Source of the DNA: Mariprofundaceae bacterium
GTDB lineage: Bacteria > Pseudomonadota > Zetaproteobacteria > Mariprofundales > Mariprofundaceae
Length of the DNA stretch: 64,000 nt
Reading direction: 5' to 3'
Assembly: GCA_040326115.1 (NCBI GenBank)
Contig: JBEQLD010000001.1
Location: forward strand, 64 to 64,063
The notes beneath the pieces are model-generated. The model was not told where the DNA came from. It saw only the letters and a list, made by a program, of their open reading frames with translations, and searched no databases. The number at the start of each line of letters is the position of its first letter. Position 1 is the first letter of the stretch. Both the position numbers and the translations under genes were made by a program. Of the stretch, positions 26,399 through 36,631 are shown piece after piece.

Positions 26399-28498
26399 TT
26401 ATGATCCGACACTACCCAGCCCTTTAAAGCCTAGCAAGAAACGAAAGCCAAAATCGGAATTGGATGAAGTGCCATTGAGCAGATTTCGAAATCCTTCAAC
26501 ACGCAAGTCCCAGCATGGATGACGATAGTCTACACCAGCGCTGACCTGTTGTGTTATTTTGAGCAGGCGATCGTATTGCACCGTGCCAGACGCCGACCAG
26601 CGTTGTGACAGTTTGATGGTTGTATCCATGCTCACAAGTTCTGCAGCGGTAGCATACCTGGCATCAGTACGCTGCCAACTGATATTCAAATGGTGTCCAC
26701 TCTGGCTATTCATGCTTAGTGCAGCATAAGAGTGCGCCCAGAATTTCTCCGCAGGGTCATATTGGCCATTGGCTGAAATTCGGATGTTCGATGTTGGATG
26801 AATGGTGATTTCACCCAGCAGGTTAGAGAAAGGTCGAGTTGGAGAGGCCAGGATGGTGGCATCAACAGTTTCCCGCTTGAGCTCGTAGGCAACACCCACC
26901 TTGGCATTCAGAACATCCCGTGCACTGGTGGTTACTCCACCTTTATGCTGCAGTCCTGTTTCAAAGAGCAGGCTTACCCGGTTCAGCTGTTCGATGCGGT
27001 CCCTGCCGGTGAAACGGTTGCCAGTTAAAAGGTTGCTCATCGACAACTGTCCGAATGAAGAGTCAAAATTCGGCAGATCACTCTGATTCGGAGCAGTGAT
27101 AAAGTCATAACGTAAAATTGGGGAAAGGGTATGACGCCACTGACGATTGTTGCTGATGCGTTCAAAGCTGGCGCGGGTATCCAGGCTTGCCTCAAACGTG
27201 TTGCGGCTAAGCATGCTTTGACCAACTGTATCGTTTAGCCAGTAACGGGTATGTCTACCACCTACTTTCAGAGTTGAGCGCAGACCACCACCGGGAAGCT
27301 GCCATGGAATTTCCAGATATGGATTCAGATCGATGCGCCAACCATCTTCACCCGAATTGCGTGAGAAGAGGGTGCTTTGCTGGTCAAAGTGAAGCACTGC
27401 ACTACGGCCCATTAGCGGTAGGCGCAAGCCGCTTTCAATACGGGGAAGAATTTGAAGCGTAGCCGCATTTGTAGGAAGGCTGAGGTTCTGCTGGTGCCTG
27501 ACAAGCAGAGACCAGTCACCAAGCTCAACACTCTGGGCAAGTGTGGCCTGACTCTGCAGATAGCTTTTGGAGGTGACGTCATTATCGGACGCAAAATCGG
27601 CAAGGTAGTTATGATCTGAAACATGGTCAGCATCGGCAGCAAAATGAATACTGTAAGGCAGAGCATGTTGAATGTTTCCACGCACTCTGCTGCGCTGGTC
27701 TGATGTTACTCTGTCATTGAGCCCTTCAACCTGAATTTTCTCATGACCGGAAGTCGATACATGACGCAGCTCCACATCTCCTTTGAAACCACGAGCTGTC
27801 ATCCAGTGAGGTGTCAAAGTGGCATCCCAGTTTTCAGCTGGAGCAAAGTAGTAAGGCAGAGCTATTTCAGTACCACGGGTTCTGCTGGTTGCCACATAAG
27901 GGATCAGAAAGCCTGATTTCCGGCGTAGGGCCTGCTGCCAGTAGGGGGTGTAGAAAATGGGAACTCCAGCCAGTTCAAATCGGGCGTTTCGTGCGGTTAG
28001 CAGGCCATTCTCCTGATCAAGCTCCGCGCTACCGGCTTTGAGCAGCCAGGTCTCTGCATCGGCAGGGCAGGATGTGAAGGTGGCATCCTCTGCTGTGATG
28101 ATGCCATTTTCATCACGAGTGAGATGAGCTGCTTTTAGCCGCTCGCCATCTTTCAGGATGGCCTCGGCATTATGAAGCTCGCCGGTTTTGTTAACGGTAT
28201 GCATCTCACCGGATTCAGCTTTGATGGTGGAACCTTTTGATGTGATGACAACATGGCCTTTGGCCTTGAATTCTTTCTTTTTGGCATCATAGATGACTTG
28301 ATCAGCGGCAAGTGTTTCACTCTCTTTTTGAATAGTAACACTGCCCTTGGCGACAATGGCACCATCGGCGTTGCGCGTGACAGTATCGGCTGAAACATCG
28401 ACAGCCCTGGCTGCCTCAGGCAGCAGAGTCAGACTCAGGATCAGACAGGCAGGTAGGATGAACCATGTTCGCAGCATGGCGCGGAATCTATCTTTCAT
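26399..28498 (-). CDS. lptD: LPS-assembly outer-membrane protein LptD
   Basis: 699 aa. Signal peptide, an N-terminal OstA-like beta-jellyroll (ADTVTRNADGAIVAKGSVTIQ...), a large beta-barrel region and a position upstream of surA. Confidence 0.85.
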   Translation of the reverse strand: MKDRFRAMLRTWFILPACLILSLTLLPEAARAVDVSADTVTRNADGAIVAKGSVTIQKESETLAADQVIYDAKKKEFKAKGHVVITSKGSTIKAESGEMHTVNKTGELHNAEAILKDGERLKAAHLTRDENGIITAEDATFTSCPADAETWLLKAGSAELDQENGLLTARNARFELAGVPIFYTPYWQQALRRKSGFLIPYVATSRTRGTEIALPYYFAPAENWDATLTPHWMTARGFKGDVELRHVSTSGHEKIQVEGLNDRVTSDQRSRVRGNIQHALPYSIHFAADADHVSDHNYLADFASDNDVTSKSYLQSQATLAQSVELGDWSLLVRHQQNLSLPTNAATLQILPRIESGLRLPLMGRSAVLHFDQQSTLFSRNSGEDGWRIDLNPYLEIPWQLPGGGLRSTLKVGGRHTRYWLNDTVGQSMLSRNTFEASLDTRASFERISNNRQWRHTLSPILRYDFITAPNQSDLPNFDSSFGQLSMSNLLTGNRFTGRDRIEQLNRVSLLFETGLQHKGGVTTSARDVLNAKVGVAYELKRETVDATILASPTRPFSNLLGEITIHPTSNIRISANGQYDPAEKFWAHSYAALSMNSQSGHHLNISWQRTDARYATAAELVSMDTTIKLSQRWSASGTVQYDRLLKITQQVSAGVDYRHPCWDLRVEGFRNLLNGTSSNSDFGFRFLLGFKGLGSVGS

Positions 28499-28542
28499 TG
28501 AATAGGCGTCCAGCGTTGATTTTGCGCGATGTTTTCGTGGTG

Positions 28543-29283
28543 TCAGGCAGGCTTTTCGGCCACACCAAGGTAGTTGACCGAGAGATCATCCGAGAGCAGG
28601 AAGTTGTCCTTGAATATCTGATAGGACATACCGCGAATCTCTTCGACCTGCAGATCGGCAAGTCTCAGTGCATGCACCATCTCGGATGGGCGGATAAATT
28701 TCTGATACTGGTGAGTTCCTTTCGGCAGCCAGCCCATTACATATTCTGCGCCAATGATGGCTTTCAGGTAGGAGGTGGGCGTCCGGTTCAGGGTGGCGAA
28801 AAAGAACTTTCCACCCGGCTTCAGCATGGCGGCACAGGCGGCAATGGTGCGTGGCACATCGGGTACGTGCTCCAGCACCTCAAGACATGTGACTACATCG
28901 TAGGCCTCTGCATGAGTTTTAGCCCATGTTTCAGCATCATTGTATTCGTAACTGACCTCAACACCGGATTGTGAAGCGTGGGCTTTGGCTACGGCCAGTG
29001 CTTTCTCCGAGCGGTCCAGTCCGGTCACGGTGGCCTTGCGGTTAGTCATTCCTTCGGCCAACAGGCCGCCGCCACATCCAACATCAAGAATATTGCTGGC
29101 TTTCATATCAACACGATCGGCAATGTAGTCGAGTCTGAGCGGGTTGATCTGGTGCAGAGGTTTGAAGCGTCCATTCGGATCCCACCACTCGGCGGCAATA
29201 GCCTCGAACTTGGCAATCTCTTCCGGATCAAAGTGTGCTGTTTCCATAGTCTGGAAGCTGCTTTGCTGTTCGAGGAATGGCAA
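28543..29283 (-). CDS. ubiG: Ubiquinone biosynthesis O-methyltransferase UbiG
   Basis: EEIAKFEAIAAEWWDPNGRFKPLHQINPLRLDYI closely matches the E. coli UbiG N-terminus. SAM motif ILDVGCGGGLLAE. The track start is TTG at 29283; the ATG at 29247 (METAHFDPEE) is an equally plausible start. Confidence 0.85.
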   Translation of the reverse strand: MPFLEQQSSFQTMETAHFDPEEIAKFEAIAAEWWDPNGRFKPLHQINPLRLDYIADRVDMKASNILDVGCGGGLLAEGMTNRKATVTGLDRSEKALAVAKAHASQSGVEVSYEYNDAETWAKTHAEAYDVVTCLEVLEHVPDVPRTIAACAAMLKPGGKFFFATLNRTPTSYLKAIIGAEYVMGWLPKGTHQYQKFIRPSEMVHALRLADLQVEEIRGMSYQIFKDNFLLSDDLSVNYLGVAEKPA

Positions 29284-29416
29284 GTGGATGGTGTCGATAG
29301 AGGTCTCTTCTATCTTTGTCTGCTACAATTGGTGAGCGGACAGCTTTTCACCGCTGTTGAAAAATATGGGAGATGCATGGTTGATGATGTTGTGCTGTAT
29401 AAGGCGATGAGCATGT

Positions 29417-30286
29417 ATGCCTGAAACATTCGAGTTTGAAGCGCGCAGTACGCGAGCGCCGATTATGGCAGCCCGTTGGTCAGGTGATGATCCGTATGAA
29501 GCTGAAATATTTTTTCAGAATGATTGCTTTACCATGCTGTATGGCAGTTTTTTGGGGCTCCGTCTGGTGGATGTTTTTGACAACATCTTGAGATCGGGTG
29601 AGATCAGAGGGCCGATCAGTGGACGTGATCTGTTGGAGCAGGTGCTGAACGATGGGCATATCGAACATGTTCAGGGAGTGCTGTCCCAAAGACGGGTCGG
29701 GCTGATTGCAAGTCAGCAGAAAGGGACGCCTAAAACGATTCAATCAGCGGTATTTGACATCACGCAACACTATTTCGATACGTTGACGGGTATTCCGGGA
29801 CGATCCCTCTTTTTTGATCGACTGAAAATTGAGCTTCTGCGTGCTGTTCGTGAAAAAACAGAAGTGCACCTCTGCTTTCTGGACCTGGATGGTTTCAAGC
29901 CGATTAATGATTCATACGGGCATCACATAGGGGATTTTGTACTCAAGGAAGTTGCAGAGAGACTGAAAGGATTGGTACGCAGGCATGAGACTGTTGCACG
30001 TCTGGGCGGTGATGAGTTCATCGTGATGCTTTCCGGCAGTGATATTGATCCGCTCCATTTCGCAGAACAGAAAATTATTCCTGTGGTGAATGCGCCCTAC
30101 ATTGTGAACAGACAATCCATTGATCTGGATGGCGTTAGTATTGGCATCTCCTGTTTCCCCAAATTTGCAGCGAAAGCGGATGAATTGGTCACCTATGCTG
30201 ATGATGCGATGTATGCAGCCAAAGCCAGAGGCAAGAATCAGGCAGTTCTGTTTGAACCGGATATGGAAGGTTCTAAATTACGCTAA
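29417..30286 (+). CDS. Diguanylate cyclase (GGDEF domain) with uncharacterised N-terminal domain
   Basis: 289 aa. DSLTGIPGRSLF, FLDLDGFKPINDSYGHHIGD, RLGGDEFIVML and an intact GGDEF. The position of the RxxD I-site reads RHET, so it is absent. Confidence 0.8.
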   Translation: MPETFEFEARSTRAPIMAARWSGDDPYEAEIFFQNDCFTMLYGSFLGLRLVDVFDNILRSGEIRGPISGRDLLEQVLNDGHIEHVQGVLSQRRVGLIASQQKGTPKTIQSAVFDITQHYFDTLTGIPGRSLFFDRLKIELLRAVREKTEVHLCFLDLDGFKPINDSYGHHIGDFVLKEVAERLKGLVRRHETVARLGGDEFIVMLSGSDIDPLHFAEQKIIPVVNAPYIVNRQSIDLDGVSIGISCFPKFAAKADELVTYADDAMYAAKARGKNQAVLFEPDMEGSKLR

Positions 30287-30305
30287 CAGGCTCTAGGTTA
30301 TCCGA

Positions 30306-31229
30306 ATGCTAGGGCGGGTATGTGCAATTCGAATTATTCAGGCAGTTCCGACACTGCTTGGCGTGGCTACGCTCGTCTTTTTTCTTTTGCACCTGGTACC
30401 GGGCGATCCTGTCGATGCACTGCTTGGCGAAACCGCCATGGCCGCAGATCGGGAGGCGTTAAGAAAAGCGCTGAATCTTCATCTTCCTCTCTATGAACAG
30501 TATGGCCAGTTTCTATTGGGCCTTCTCTCCGGTGACTGGGGCAACAGTATTGTGGATGGCCGGGGTGTACTGGAGTTGATTGCGGAACGCCTGCCTGCCA
30601 CGGCAGAGCTGGCGGCATGGAGTTTGATTCTGGCAGTTCTACTGGCGCTGCCACTGGGTTACTGGGCTGCACGTCATGCAGGCTCAACTCAGGATTTTGC
30701 AGCCATGAGTTTTTCTCTTCTAGGGGTGTCGATCCCCAACTTTTGGCTGGGGCCGATGTTGATGCTGCTCTTCTCCGTGACTCTGGGCTGGCTTCCGGTC
30801 TCCGGCATGGATGCGCCGGGAAGTATCATTCTCCCTGCGATCACACTGGGCACGGCACTTGCGGCAATTCTTTCGCGCATGGCCAGATCAAGCTGGCTGG
30901 AGGCGATGAGTATGGATGCGATGCGTACAGCTCGTGCGTCAGGCGTAAGCGAGCAGACCATCTGGTGGCGTCATGCAGCTCGACTCGCTGCCGTTCCCGT
31001 GATCACCATGTTTGCATTGCAGCTGGGCACGGTGCTGGGCGGCGCCGTGATTACCGAGACCGTGTTTGATTGGCCGGGTCTGGGGCTATTGACCATTGAA
31101 GCGATTCAGCGGCGTGACTATCCGCTTGTTCAGGGTTGTGTACTGATCATTGCGCTGTTTTATGTGATTGCCAACCTGTTGGCTGATCTGCTGGCGCTCT
31201 GGCTTGATCCTCGTCAGAGGCATGGTTGA
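30306..31229 (+). CDS. ABC transporter permease, DppB/OppB family
   Basis: 307 aa. Family-typical N-terminus (IIQAVPTLLGVATLVFFLLHLVPGDPV) and an EAA-loop region (AMRTARASGVSEQTIWWRHAARLA). Confidence 0.85.
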   Translation: MLGRVCAIRIIQAVPTLLGVATLVFFLLHLVPGDPVDALLGETAMAADREALRKALNLHLPLYEQYGQFLLGLLSGDWGNSIVDGRGVLELIAERLPATAELAAWSLILAVLLALPLGYWAARHAGSTQDFAAMSFSLLGVSIPNFWLGPMLMLLFSVTLGWLPVSGMDAPGSIILPAITLGTALAAILSRMARSSWLEAMSMDAMRTARASGVSEQTIWWRHAARLAAVPVITMFALQLGTVLGGAVITETVFDWPGLGLLTIEAIQRRDYPLVQGCVLIIALFYVIANLLADLLALWLDPRQRHG

Positions 31230-32043
31230 AACAGTGAGCAGAACTCAAAAATTAATCGCCATTTTACTCTCCGTTCCACTGCTGGTTCTGATGGCTGCAT
31301 GGCTTATGAATATTGATGGTCACCGGGTTGATCTCGATGCCATTCTTGCAGGTATGAGTGCAGCGCATCCTTTGGGTACTGATGCGCTAGGCCGTGACCT
31401 TCTTGCTCGTCTGGCCGAAGGTTTACGCCTCTCACTGAGTGTGGGCGTTGTTGTGGTCTGTCTAGGCAGCGTGATTGGTATCTCGGTTGGTATTACCGCG
31501 GCATGGTTAGGTGGCTGGGTGGATGCGGTACTGATGAGAGTTGCGGATATTGTGCTCTCTTTCCCGGGAATCCTGCTCGCCATTGCACTGGCAGCGATGC
31601 TCGGTCCCGGTGTAGAGAATTTGATCATGGCACTGGTCGCTGTGGGCTGGGTCGGCTTTTCACGTCTTGCACGTGTGCAGGTACTGGCATTGAAACACGC
31701 ACCGTTTGTCGAAGCCTCATTGGCAGGGGGCTCTTCTGTCAGATATATCGCCGTGAAACATCTGCTGCCGAACATCGCGGCTCCGCTACTGGTTGAAGCA
31801 AGTTTCGGACTGGCTGCCGTGATCATTGGCGAGGCAGGCCTCTCATTTCTCGGAGTGGGTGTTCAGCCACCTGATGCATCACTGGGAACCATGATTCGAG
31901 AGGGAACACGGCTAATGCTGGTGGAACCACTACTGGTGGTCTGGCCGGGTTTGATTCTCTTTATGCTGGTAATGGCGGTGAATCTGTTGGGGGATCGTCT
32001 GCGCGATAGGTTGGATGTTAAATCGGTGGATAGTCATGTTTGA
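31222..32043 (+). CDS. ABC transporter permease, DppC/OppC family
   Basis: GTDALGRDLLARL, VLSFPGILLAIALAA, and an EAA-loop (FVEASLAGGSSVRYIAVKHLLPN). I use the ATG at 31222, which overlaps the upstream stop by 8 nt; the track start is 31168. Confidence 0.85.
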   Translation: MVETVSRTQKLIAILLSVPLLVLMAAWLMNIDGHRVDLDAILAGMSAAHPLGTDALGRDLLARLAEGLRLSLSVGVVVVCLGSVIGISVGITAAWLGGWVDAVLMRVADIVLSFPGILLAIALAAMLGPGVENLIMALVAVGWVGFSRLARVQVLALKHAPFVEASLAGGSSVRYIAVKHLLPNIAAPLLVEASFGLAAVIIGEAGLSFLGVGVQPPDASLGTMIREGTRLMLVEPLLVVWPGLILFMLVMAVNLLGDRLRDRLDVKSVDSHV

Positions 32044-32914
32044 TAAACTGGTGATTGGTCTGAAAGGGACTCGGCTGATGCCTGAAGAGCGCAGATGGTT
32101 AAAAGAGCATCCGCCCAAAGGGGTAATCCTCTTTGCCCGTAATATTGAGTCACCCGAGCAGGTGAAATCACTGCTTGCTGATGCCAGAGAGGCTTCGGAG
32201 TCTGATTTGTGGGTTGCAATTGATGAAGAGGGCGGAAGAGTGAACAGACTTCCGTGGGAGCCCTTTAACTGTCGTGTTCAGGCAGCTGATTACGGAAAGC
32301 TCTTCCTCTCTGATCCCGAGGGTGCAATCAGACAGGTTTATAATGACAGTTATGAGATTGGACTCTCTCTTAAAGAGCTGGGCTTTACCCACAACTGTGC
32401 ACCGGTTCTCGATCTGTTTAATGCTGAAGGCCATGCAATTATTGGTGATCGTGCCTATGGCGATAACAGCACCGTGGTGGTGGAGCTGGGTGCAGCTTGT
32501 ATGCGCGGTCTCCACGATGCCGGTATCGAGGCCATCGGCAAACACTTTCCCGGTCATGGCCGGGCCAATGCAGATTCACATGTAGCCGTGCCTGAAGTGG
32601 ATATTTCGCTTGAAGAGGTGCTAGCTGAAGCTGAGTCATTTAAGCGCCTGTTTGCACAGGGATTGAAACATGTCATGACAGCCCATGTGATCTATTCGGC
32701 AAAAGAAAGTCGAGTGGCAACACTCTCCGATTACTGGATGAAGGACATCCTAAGAGAGCAGTTCAATTTTACAGGTGATGTCTGGAGTGATGATCTCTGC
32801 ATGAAAGGGGTCGGAGGTGATATTCACAGCGCTGCTGATGATGCTCTGAAGGCGGGGTGTGACTGGTTACTGGTTTGTGAACCGGATGGAGTTGAACAGT
32901 TCTATAAAGCCTGA
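32036..32914 (+). CDS. nagZ: Beta-N-acetylhexosaminidase NagZ (GH3, peptidoglycan recycling)
   Basis: GVILFARNIESPEQV, IDEEGGRVNRL, IGDRAYG, KHFPGHG and SDDLCM motifs. The ATG at 32036 overlaps the permease stop (ATGTTTGA). Confidence 0.85.
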   Translation: MFDKLVIGLKGTRLMPEERRWLKEHPPKGVILFARNIESPEQVKSLLADAREASESDLWVAIDEEGGRVNRLPWEPFNCRVQAADYGKLFLSDPEGAIRQVYNDSYEIGLSLKELGFTHNCAPVLDLFNAEGHAIIGDRAYGDNSTVVVELGAACMRGLHDAGIEAIGKHFPGHGRANADSHVAVPEVDISLEEVLAEAESFKRLFAQGLKHVMTAHVIYSAKESRVATLSDYWMKDILREQFNFTGDVWSDDLCMKGVGGDIHSAADDALKAGCDWLLVCEPDGVEQFYKA

Positions 32915-32918
32915 AGCT

Positions 32919-32950
32919 GAATGTCCGCTTTTGGCCGAAAGCAGCCATTC
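32919..32950. repeat. Palindromic intergenic repeat, copy 3 of 6 (right arm degenerate)
   Basis: GAATGTCCGCTTTTGGCCGAAAGCAGCCATTC, 4 nt after the nagZ stop and between the convergent nagZ and lpxC. Confidence 0.85.
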
Positions 32951-33011
32951 AGACAAATGGGTCTGAACAACAGTTAAGTCGCAAACAATTTTTCTAAACT
33001 AAAGGAAAGAA

Positions 33012-33911
33012 TCAGGAGTGAGCGAGTTGTCCGTCGACAGCTTCTTCGTTGTTCTTTTCAGCTTGAAGCTCTTCGATGCGCCATGCGCTCTCATCAGCTA
33101 GTAGGGCTGTGACCAGTTTGTGGTTCATTTCGTGACCGGTACGTTCACCTTCGAAAGCACCTACGATAGGCAGTCCGGCAAGTGATAGATCACCGAGGGT
33201 ATCGAGGATCTTGTGACGAACACACTCATCATCGTAACGCAGGCCTGTTTCATTCACCACGCGGTACTGATCAAGAACAATGGCATTTTCAAGTGAGCCA
33301 CCCAGTGCAAGACCTGCTTTCTGGAGGCTTTCAATTTCATGCAGGAAACCGAATGTACGGGCCCGGCTTACTTCGCGGGTGTATGCCTGACGTGAGAAAT
33401 CAACGCTGACTTTGCGTTCACGTAGAAGCGGGTGGTCATAGTCTAACAAGTAAGAGATTTTAAATCCTGATGAAGGATGCAGGGAGCAACGTTTATTACC
33501 CTCTTTAACTTCGATCTTTTTCAGGATACGCATGACTTTTTTGGCTTTTTTCTGTTCCTGAATACCAGCGCACTGGATCAGGAAAACAAATGGAGCTGAT
33601 GAACCATCCATCACGGGCACTTCAGGGCCACTGACTTCAATGTGTGCATTATCAATGCCCAGGCCGGCCAGGGCTGAGAGGAGATGTTCAACGGTAGAGA
33701 TGTTGGCGCCATCTTTGCCGATGGTGGTGCAGAGGCGGGTATCGGTCACATTTTCTGCTTTTGCAGGAATGGTGACGTCTAGATCCGAACGACTGAATGT
33801 GATTCCTGAATCTTCATCTGCCGGGTGTAGAACCAGTTGGATCTTTTTCCCGGAATGAAGGCCGATGCCGCTACAGCGTATGGAATGGTTCAGAGTTCTT
33901 TGTGGAATCAT
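33012..33911 (-). CDS. lpxC: UDP-3-O-acyl-N-acetylglucosamine deacetylase LpxC
   Basis: MIPQRTLNHSIRCSGIGLHSGKKI, TVEHLLSAL, GLDNAHIEV and the HKILD motif. It occupies the canonical position after ftsZ. Confidence 0.95.
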   Translation of the reverse strand: MIPQRTLNHSIRCSGIGLHSGKKIQLVLHPADEDSGITFSRSDLDVTIPAKAENVTDTRLCTTIGKDGANISTVEHLLSALAGLGIDNAHIEVSGPEVPVMDGSSAPFVFLIQCAGIQEQKKAKKVMRILKKIEVKEGNKRCSLHPSSGFKISYLLDYDHPLLRERKVSVDFSRQAYTREVSRARTFGFLHEIESLQKAGLALGGSLENAIVLDQYRVVNETGLRYDDECVRHKILDTLGDLSLAGLPIVGAFEGERTGHEMNHKLVTALLADESAWRIEELQAEKNNEEAVDGQLAHS

Positions 33912-34156
33912 AGACCGTTTTCCTCACATATATTTTTGTCATCGTACCAGTCAATCGTGCTGATCAATTTATCATAAACAGTTCATCTAAATCAGCTGGG
34001 CCGATGGGGCGACCCTTTCATTACTGCGCCATCATTCCGTGATGCAAAACACAATTTATCTGCCGGAATGAAGGGCGCATTATGCCATAGCTTATACAAA
34101 CCTGCAAAATCACTGCACTTACAACGATTAAAGCAGGTGTTTGTATAGTAGCTCTA

Positions 34157-35329
34157 TCAATCAGCCTGACGGCGAATCCAGGTTGGCACAGCCAGCTGAT
34201 CTTCATCATAAGCGTGATCCAGACCAACCACTTGAGGCTGTGGTGCAGCAGCCTGCCCATGTTCAGTTCCAACAAACATCGGCTGCTGAACCGGTGTTGC
34301 CTGTGGAAGAACAAAGCTGTTATCCGAGACACTTGGAACTGAAGTGATGCGGGATGTCATGTCTGTATTAAGCCCTGTCGCCACAACGGTTACCCGCATT
34401 TCATCACCAACATCTTTGTCATAGACCATGCCGCAGATGATATTGGCATCTTCATCAGCCATGTTCTGGATGATTGATACTGCCTCATCATATTCGGCCA
34501 GTGTCATATCCTCGTTACCGGTAACATTCACCAGAATGCCGTGGGCACCATGGATATCGATATCTTCAAGCAGTGGGGATGAGATGGCGTGCTCGGCAGC
34601 TTCACATGCACGATTTTCACCAGTTCCTGTACCTGACCCCATCATGGCCATGCCGCGTGTCTCACACATCACCGCTTTCACATCGGCGAAATCCACATTC
34701 ATGTATCCGGTATGTGTGATCAGTTCTGAGATACCTTTCACGGCCTGAAGTAGAACATCATCAGCTTTACGGAAGGCTTCGAGCATGGAGGTATTTTTAC
34801 CTACTGCACCGATCAGCTTCTGGTTCGGAATGGTGATCAGCGTATCAACATGTTTACGCATCTCTTCGATGCCCGCTTCAGCCTGACGCATACGGCGTTT
34901 GCCTTCGAAGTTGAATGGCTTGGTGACAACAGCCACGGTCAGCACACCCATCTCACTGGCAACTTCAGCAATGATCGGTGCAGCACCGGTTCCGGTACCG
35001 CCACCCATGCCTGCTGTGATGAAAACCATGTCGGTGTCCTGGAAAAACTCACGCAGATATTCGCGCTCTGATTCAGCAGCATCGCGACCAACCTGAGGAT
35101 TGGCGCCTGCACCAAGTCCGCGTGTTAGATCTGTTCCAAGTTGAATCTTGGTGTCTGCACTGCTGTGTGCGATGGCCTGTGAATCCGTGTTGGCGACTAT
35201 AAAGTCGACACCCCGCAGGCGATGTTCGATCATATTGTTTAGTGCGTTACCACCGCCTCCGCCGACACCGACTACTTTAATGTTTGCAGATTGAGCGCTG
35301 TTATCTTCAAATGTATATAAAGTTCCCAT
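34157..35329 (-). CDS. ftsZ: Cell division protein FtsZ
   Basis: [27 protein letters not shown] and the C-terminal peptide [10 protein letters not shown]. Confidence 0.97.
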   Translation of the reverse strand: MGTLYTFEDNSAQSANIKVVGVGGGGGNALNNMIEHRLRGVDFIVANTDSQAIAHSSADTKIQLGTDLTRGLGAGANPQVGRDAAESEREYLREFFQDTDMVFITAGMGGGTGTGAAPIIAEVASEMGVLTVAVVTKPFNFEGKRRMRQAEAGIEEMRKHVDTLITIPNQKLIGAVGKNTSMLEAFRKADDVLLQAVKGISELITHTGYMNVDFADVKAVMCETRGMAMMGSGTGTGENRACEAAEHAISSPLLEDIDIHGAHGILVNVTGNEDMTLAEYDEAVSIIQNMADEDANIICGMVYDKDVGDEMRVTVVATGLNTDMTSRITSVPSVSDNSFVLPQATPVQQPMFVGTEHGQAAAPQPQVVGLDHAYDEDQLAVPTWIRRQAD

Positions 35330-35395
35330 AATATTTCTCCTCTTTTTACTCTCGTTTTTTTCTTTTCTTTTAAACTGTTAAGTTACTGTTGTGGT

Positions 35396-36631
35396 TTAAG
35401 AACTATCCCCAAACCAGCTTCGCATTCGTTTCCATACGTTCGAAAACATATTTTTCTCATTAATCTTAAGGGGTTGCTGCTGTCGGTAGCGCTGTCCATA
35501 AAGGATCAGGCCTACGCCGGTGGCATACATCGGGCTGGAGACAACATCCACCAGTCCACCAATGCCATGTGGTCTGCCCAGACGAACCGGCAGGCTGTCA
35601 AAGGTCTCTTCGGCCAGCTCCACCATGCCCTGCAATAGCGCGCTTCCGCCGGTTAGTACCAGCCCGGCTGCAATCAGCTCCTGATATCCGGAACGTTGAA
35701 GCTCTGCTTTGACCAGCTCAAACAGCTCCTGGACACGTGGTTCCAGAATCTGGGCCATGACTTGTCTTGGCATCGGGCGTGGAGGGCGACCTCCCACACT
35801 TGGAACTTCGATCTGATCTTCAGCCGATACAAGCTCGACCATGCAAGAGCCATACTTTTTCTTTAACTGGTCAGCCTCGCGGGCAGATGTACGCAGGCCG
35901 ACAACCAGATCGTTGGTCAGGTGATCACCGCCAATCGGAATAACGGATGTGTGTCGGATGGCACCATCAATAAAGATGGCGATGTCCGTGGTTCCACCAC
36001 CGATATCAACCAGTACCACGCCGATATCCTTCTCATCCTGACTGAGAACCGCTTCACTGGATGCGACCTGTTCCAGCACCATGTCTGCCACATCCAGATC
36101 ACAACGGTTGCAGCATTTGATAATATTCTGGGCGGATGAAACCGCACCTGTGATCACATGTACTTTTGCTTCCAGACGAACACCGCTCATGCCAATCGGT
36201 TCACGAATGCCATCCTGATGATCAATGATGTATTCCTGCGGCAGGATATGCAGAACCTTCTGGTCTGCCGGGATATTCATGGCCTGTGCCGCATCTATCA
36301 CACGGGTTACATCTTCTTTGGCCACTTCATTGCTTTTTGTTGCTACAACACCGTGGCTGTTATAACCACGGATATGACTACCGGCGATACCTGTGTAGAC
36401 GGATTTGATATCCACACCGGCCATTAATTCTGCCTCTTCAACTGCCAGGCGAATCGATTCAACCGTGCTTTCGATATTTACCACGACGCCCTTGCGAAGA
36501 CCGCGGGAAGGGTGGGTGCCGATACCGATGACATCCAGTTTTCCATCGGGTGCCGATTCGGCGACGATACAAGCAATCTTGCTTGTTCCGATATCCAATC
36601 CGACAATAACTACCTGTTCATGCTTGGACAT
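35396..36631 (-). CDS. ftsA: Cell division protein FtsA
   Basis: Actin-fold motifs VGLDIGTSKI and VDIGGGTTDIA. The ATG at 36631 (MSKHEQVV) overlaps the ftsQ TAA (TAATG). The track start at 36715 lies inside ftsQ. Confidence 0.95.
   Translation of the reverse strand: MSKHEQVVIVGLDIGTSKIACIVAESAPDGKLDVIGIGTHPSRGLRKGVVVNIESTVESIRLAVEEAELMAGVDIKSVYTGIAGSHIRGYNSHGVVATKSNEVAKEDVTRVIDAAQAMNIPADQKVLHILPQEYIIDHQDGIREPIGMSGVRLEAKVHVITGAVSSAQNIIKCCNRCDLDVADMVLEQVASSEAVLSQDEKDIGVVLVDIGGGTTDIAIFIDGAIRHTSVIPIGGDHLTNDLVVGLRTSAREADQLKKKYGSCMVELVSAEDQIEVPSVGGRPPRPMPRQVMAQILEPRVQELFELVKAELQRSGYQELIAAGLVLTGGSALLQGMVELAEETFDSLPVRLGRPHGIGGLVDVVSSPMYATGVGLILYGQRYRQQQPLKINEKNMFSNVWKRMRSWFGDSS

Noticed and set aside
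28465-29424. Two consecutive plus-strand ORFs of 169 aa and 148 aa.
   Set aside because: Both are antisense to ubiG and the lptD 5' end. UbiG identity on the minus strand is very strong.
30367-31826. Several 90-170-aa ORFs on both strands inside the ABC permease genes: 30367-30687, 30617-31069, 30689-30961, 31320-31826 and 31503-31796.
   Set aside because: They are GC-rich shadow frames of the two permease genes, and their translations are rich in Arg, Pro, Ser and Ala with no motifs.
34021-34332. A 103-aa minus-strand ORF in the ftsZ-lpxC spacer region.
   Set aside because: More than half of it overlaps the ftsZ 3' end out of frame. The remainder is in the lpxC promoter spacer. It has no ribosome-binding site or motif.
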